Assembly: GCA_965205945.1 (NCBI GenBank)
Contig: CBDBIB010000003.1
Span: 576,394-640,393 of the forward strand
Origin: Bdellovibrionales bacterium
GTDB taxonomy: Bacteria > Bdellovibrionota > Bdellovibrionia > Bdellovibrionales > UBA1609
Length of the DNA stretch: 64,000 bases
Direction of reading: 5' to 3'
Both the position numbers and the translations under genes were made by a program. Position 1 is the first letter of the stretch. Each line of letters starts with the position of its first letter. Of the stretch, positions 62,461 to 64,000 are shown one piece after another. Under the pieces are notes generated by a model that saw only the letters and a list, made by a program, of their open reading frames with translations, had not been told where the DNA came from and searched no databases.

Positions 62461-63899
62461 TTCTTATTAAAAACTGAATTTGTTTGAGTTGTCAGATATG
62501 ATTTTGAAATATCTTGAATTTGTTTAAGTGTCCATGGAGATTTTAACCCGTTTTTAAAATAAGTCTTAAAAAAATCAGTATTCATTGTACCGTTTATAAA
62601 TTCAGTGTGTTTTAAGATTTGAATAAGAAGGGGTATATTTGTATGAACTCCTGTTGTAATAGTTTTTTTAAGGCAAGCTTTCATTTTATCAATAGCTAAA
62701 GGTCGAGTTTTAGCCGTGCAGATAATTTTTGCGATCATTGAATCATAGAAGGTTGTAATTTCATCTCCTTGCTCAAATCCTGATTCAATACGAATATACT
62801 TTTGGTCTTGATCTACTCCAAAAAATAAGGTTCCTATTTTGCCAATAGAGGGAAGACCTTGTAGGTCTTCTGTATAAACTCTACATTCAATAGAATGACC
62901 TGTTGGAACCAGGCTTTTTTGAGTCCAAGAAAGATCTTGCTTAAATGCTGTTTTTATTTGTGCTTTAACAAGATCAACATTAAAAACTTCTTCTGTAACA
63001 GGATGTTCAACTTGAAGCCTTGTATTAACTTCTAAGAAATACAATTTCTGACCATCAAATAAAAACTCAACAGTTCCTGCTCCAAGATATTTTGATTTTT
63101 CAGCAAGTAACCTAGAGTAAGAATAAGCTGTAAGACGTTGTTTTTGTGTTAAACTAGGAGATAAGGCCTCTTCAATTATTTTTTGATATCTTCTTTGAAC
63201 GCTGCATTCTCGTTCACCAAGAACAAAAATCTCACCTCTATGGTCACCAAAAATTTGTACTTCAATGTGTTTTGCTGAGGGTAGATATTTTTCTAAAAAC
63301 ATTTGACTTGAACCAAAAGCCTTTAAGGCTTCATTTTTTGCAGAATTTAGTTGTGATTCAAGGTCGGATTGTTTTTCCACAATACGCATCCCTCTTCCAC
63401 CACCACCAGCTGCAGCCTTAATCAAAATTGGATAGCCAATAGCCTGGGCTTCTTTTTTTAATCTAGAAATGCTTTGCTCCGACTCTTTATAGCTTTTTAA
63501 GGTAGGGATCTGTTCTTTTTCACAGAATTTTTTTGCTGAAATTTTATCTCCAAATAAATCCATAGACTCAGGTCTTGGACCGATAAAGATAATATTATTT
63601 TTCTTACAAGCCCTAGCAAATTCGGCATTTTCAGATAAAAAACCAAACCCTGGATGGATAGCAGTTGCACCGGCTTTTAGCGCTCCTTGTATGACATTAT
63701 CAATGTTAAGATAACTTTTTAAACTCAGTCCTTCGCCAATGTTTTGTGTTTTGTCACAAGTTCGGTAAGCAATTGAGTTTTTATCTGGATCAGAGTGTAA
63801 AAGTATAGATTGAGCTCCGAGTTTTTTAATAGCTCGGTGTATACGGTGTGCTACTTCCCCTCTATTTGCAATAGCAATTTTAATATTAGAATCTAGCAT
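62442..63899 (-). CDS. Biotin carboxylase subunit (probably methylcrotonyl-CoA carboxylase)
   Basis: IANRGE, HPGFGFLSEN, GGGGRG, ECSVQRR, EVNTRLQVEHP and YDSMIAK; clustered with HMG-CoA lyase. Confidence 0.92.
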   Translation of the reverse strand: MLDSNIKIAIANRGEVAHRIHRAIKKLGAQSILLHSDPDKNSIAYRTCDKTQNIGEGLSLKSYLNIDNVIQGALKAGATAIHPGFGFLSENAEFARACKKNNIIFIGPRPESMDLFGDKISAKKFCEKEQIPTLKSYKESEQSISRLKKEAQAIGYPILIKAAAGGGGRGMRIVEKQSDLESQLNSAKNEALKAFGSSQMFLEKYLPSAKHIEVQIFGDHRGEIFVLGERECSVQRRYQKIIEEALSPSLTQKQRLTAYSYSRLLAEKSKYLGAGTVEFLFDGQKLYFLEVNTRLQVEHPVTEEVFNVDLVKAQIKTAFKQDLSWTQKSLVPTGHSIECRVYTEDLQGLPSIGKIGTLFFGVDQDQKYIRIESGFEQGDEITTFYDSMIAKIICTAKTRPLAIDKMKACLKKTITTGVHTNIPLLIQILKHTEFINGTMNTDFFKTYFKNGLKSPWTLKQIQDISKSYLTTQTNSVFNKNWRPGL

Positions 63900-63902
63900 G
63901 AA

Positions 63903-64000
63903 TTATTTTATTCCTTTTAAAAAAAAGATCATTTTTTTTTGAGCATCAGAGTTTACTCTTAACGATGCAATAGTTTTAACAGTAAGCTCTTTAAAATCTT
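63903..64000 (-). CDS. C-terminus of a probable enoyl-CoA (methylglutaconyl-CoA) hydratase; 5' end outside window
   Basis: TVKTIASLRVNSDAQKKMIFFL* resembles crotonase C-termini; fits the gene context. Confidence 0.55.
   Translation of the reverse strand, partial: DFKELTVKTIASLRVNSDAQKKMIFFLKGIK

Overview
AT-rich bacterial chromosome segment, most likely from a Bdellovibrionota (Bdellovibrionaceae-like) organism. This is inferred from the fibre-adhesin N-terminus, the heme-cluster layout, the AgmX/PglI domain and an orphan mreB. Housekeeping content: orphan mreB with a sigma-4-like/membrane protein/histidine kinase cluster; queG; a heme cluster (hemB, then hemA-hemC(D)-hemL-HK-RR-hemE-hemN-hemY/G-hemH); Slt; oppABC; mutS2; lnt; an S8 protease; secG; tmk-holB-tatD; a cold-shock gene; pilT-deoC-pdp-PNP; rng; and a leucine-degradation cluster. 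Accessory content: a 2,413-aa fibre adhesin with ~3.4 near-identical 969-bp stalk repeats and a tip of 15 DUF285/BspA-like 25-aa repeats that vary only at a few codons. It sits immediately behind a 119-bp inverted repeat (117/119 identical) enclosing a 456-bp spacer, a candidate invertible regulatory element. Also present are a Cys-rich membrane-anchored protein, a frameshifted Ig + FGE-sulfatase lipoprotein and many decayed IS elements (IS4/IS50-like, IS982, IS5, IS1595, IS256-like). No rRNA, tRNA, CRISPR array, reverse transcriptase or site-specific recombinase was seen. All calls are by eye from motifs; no database searches were run.
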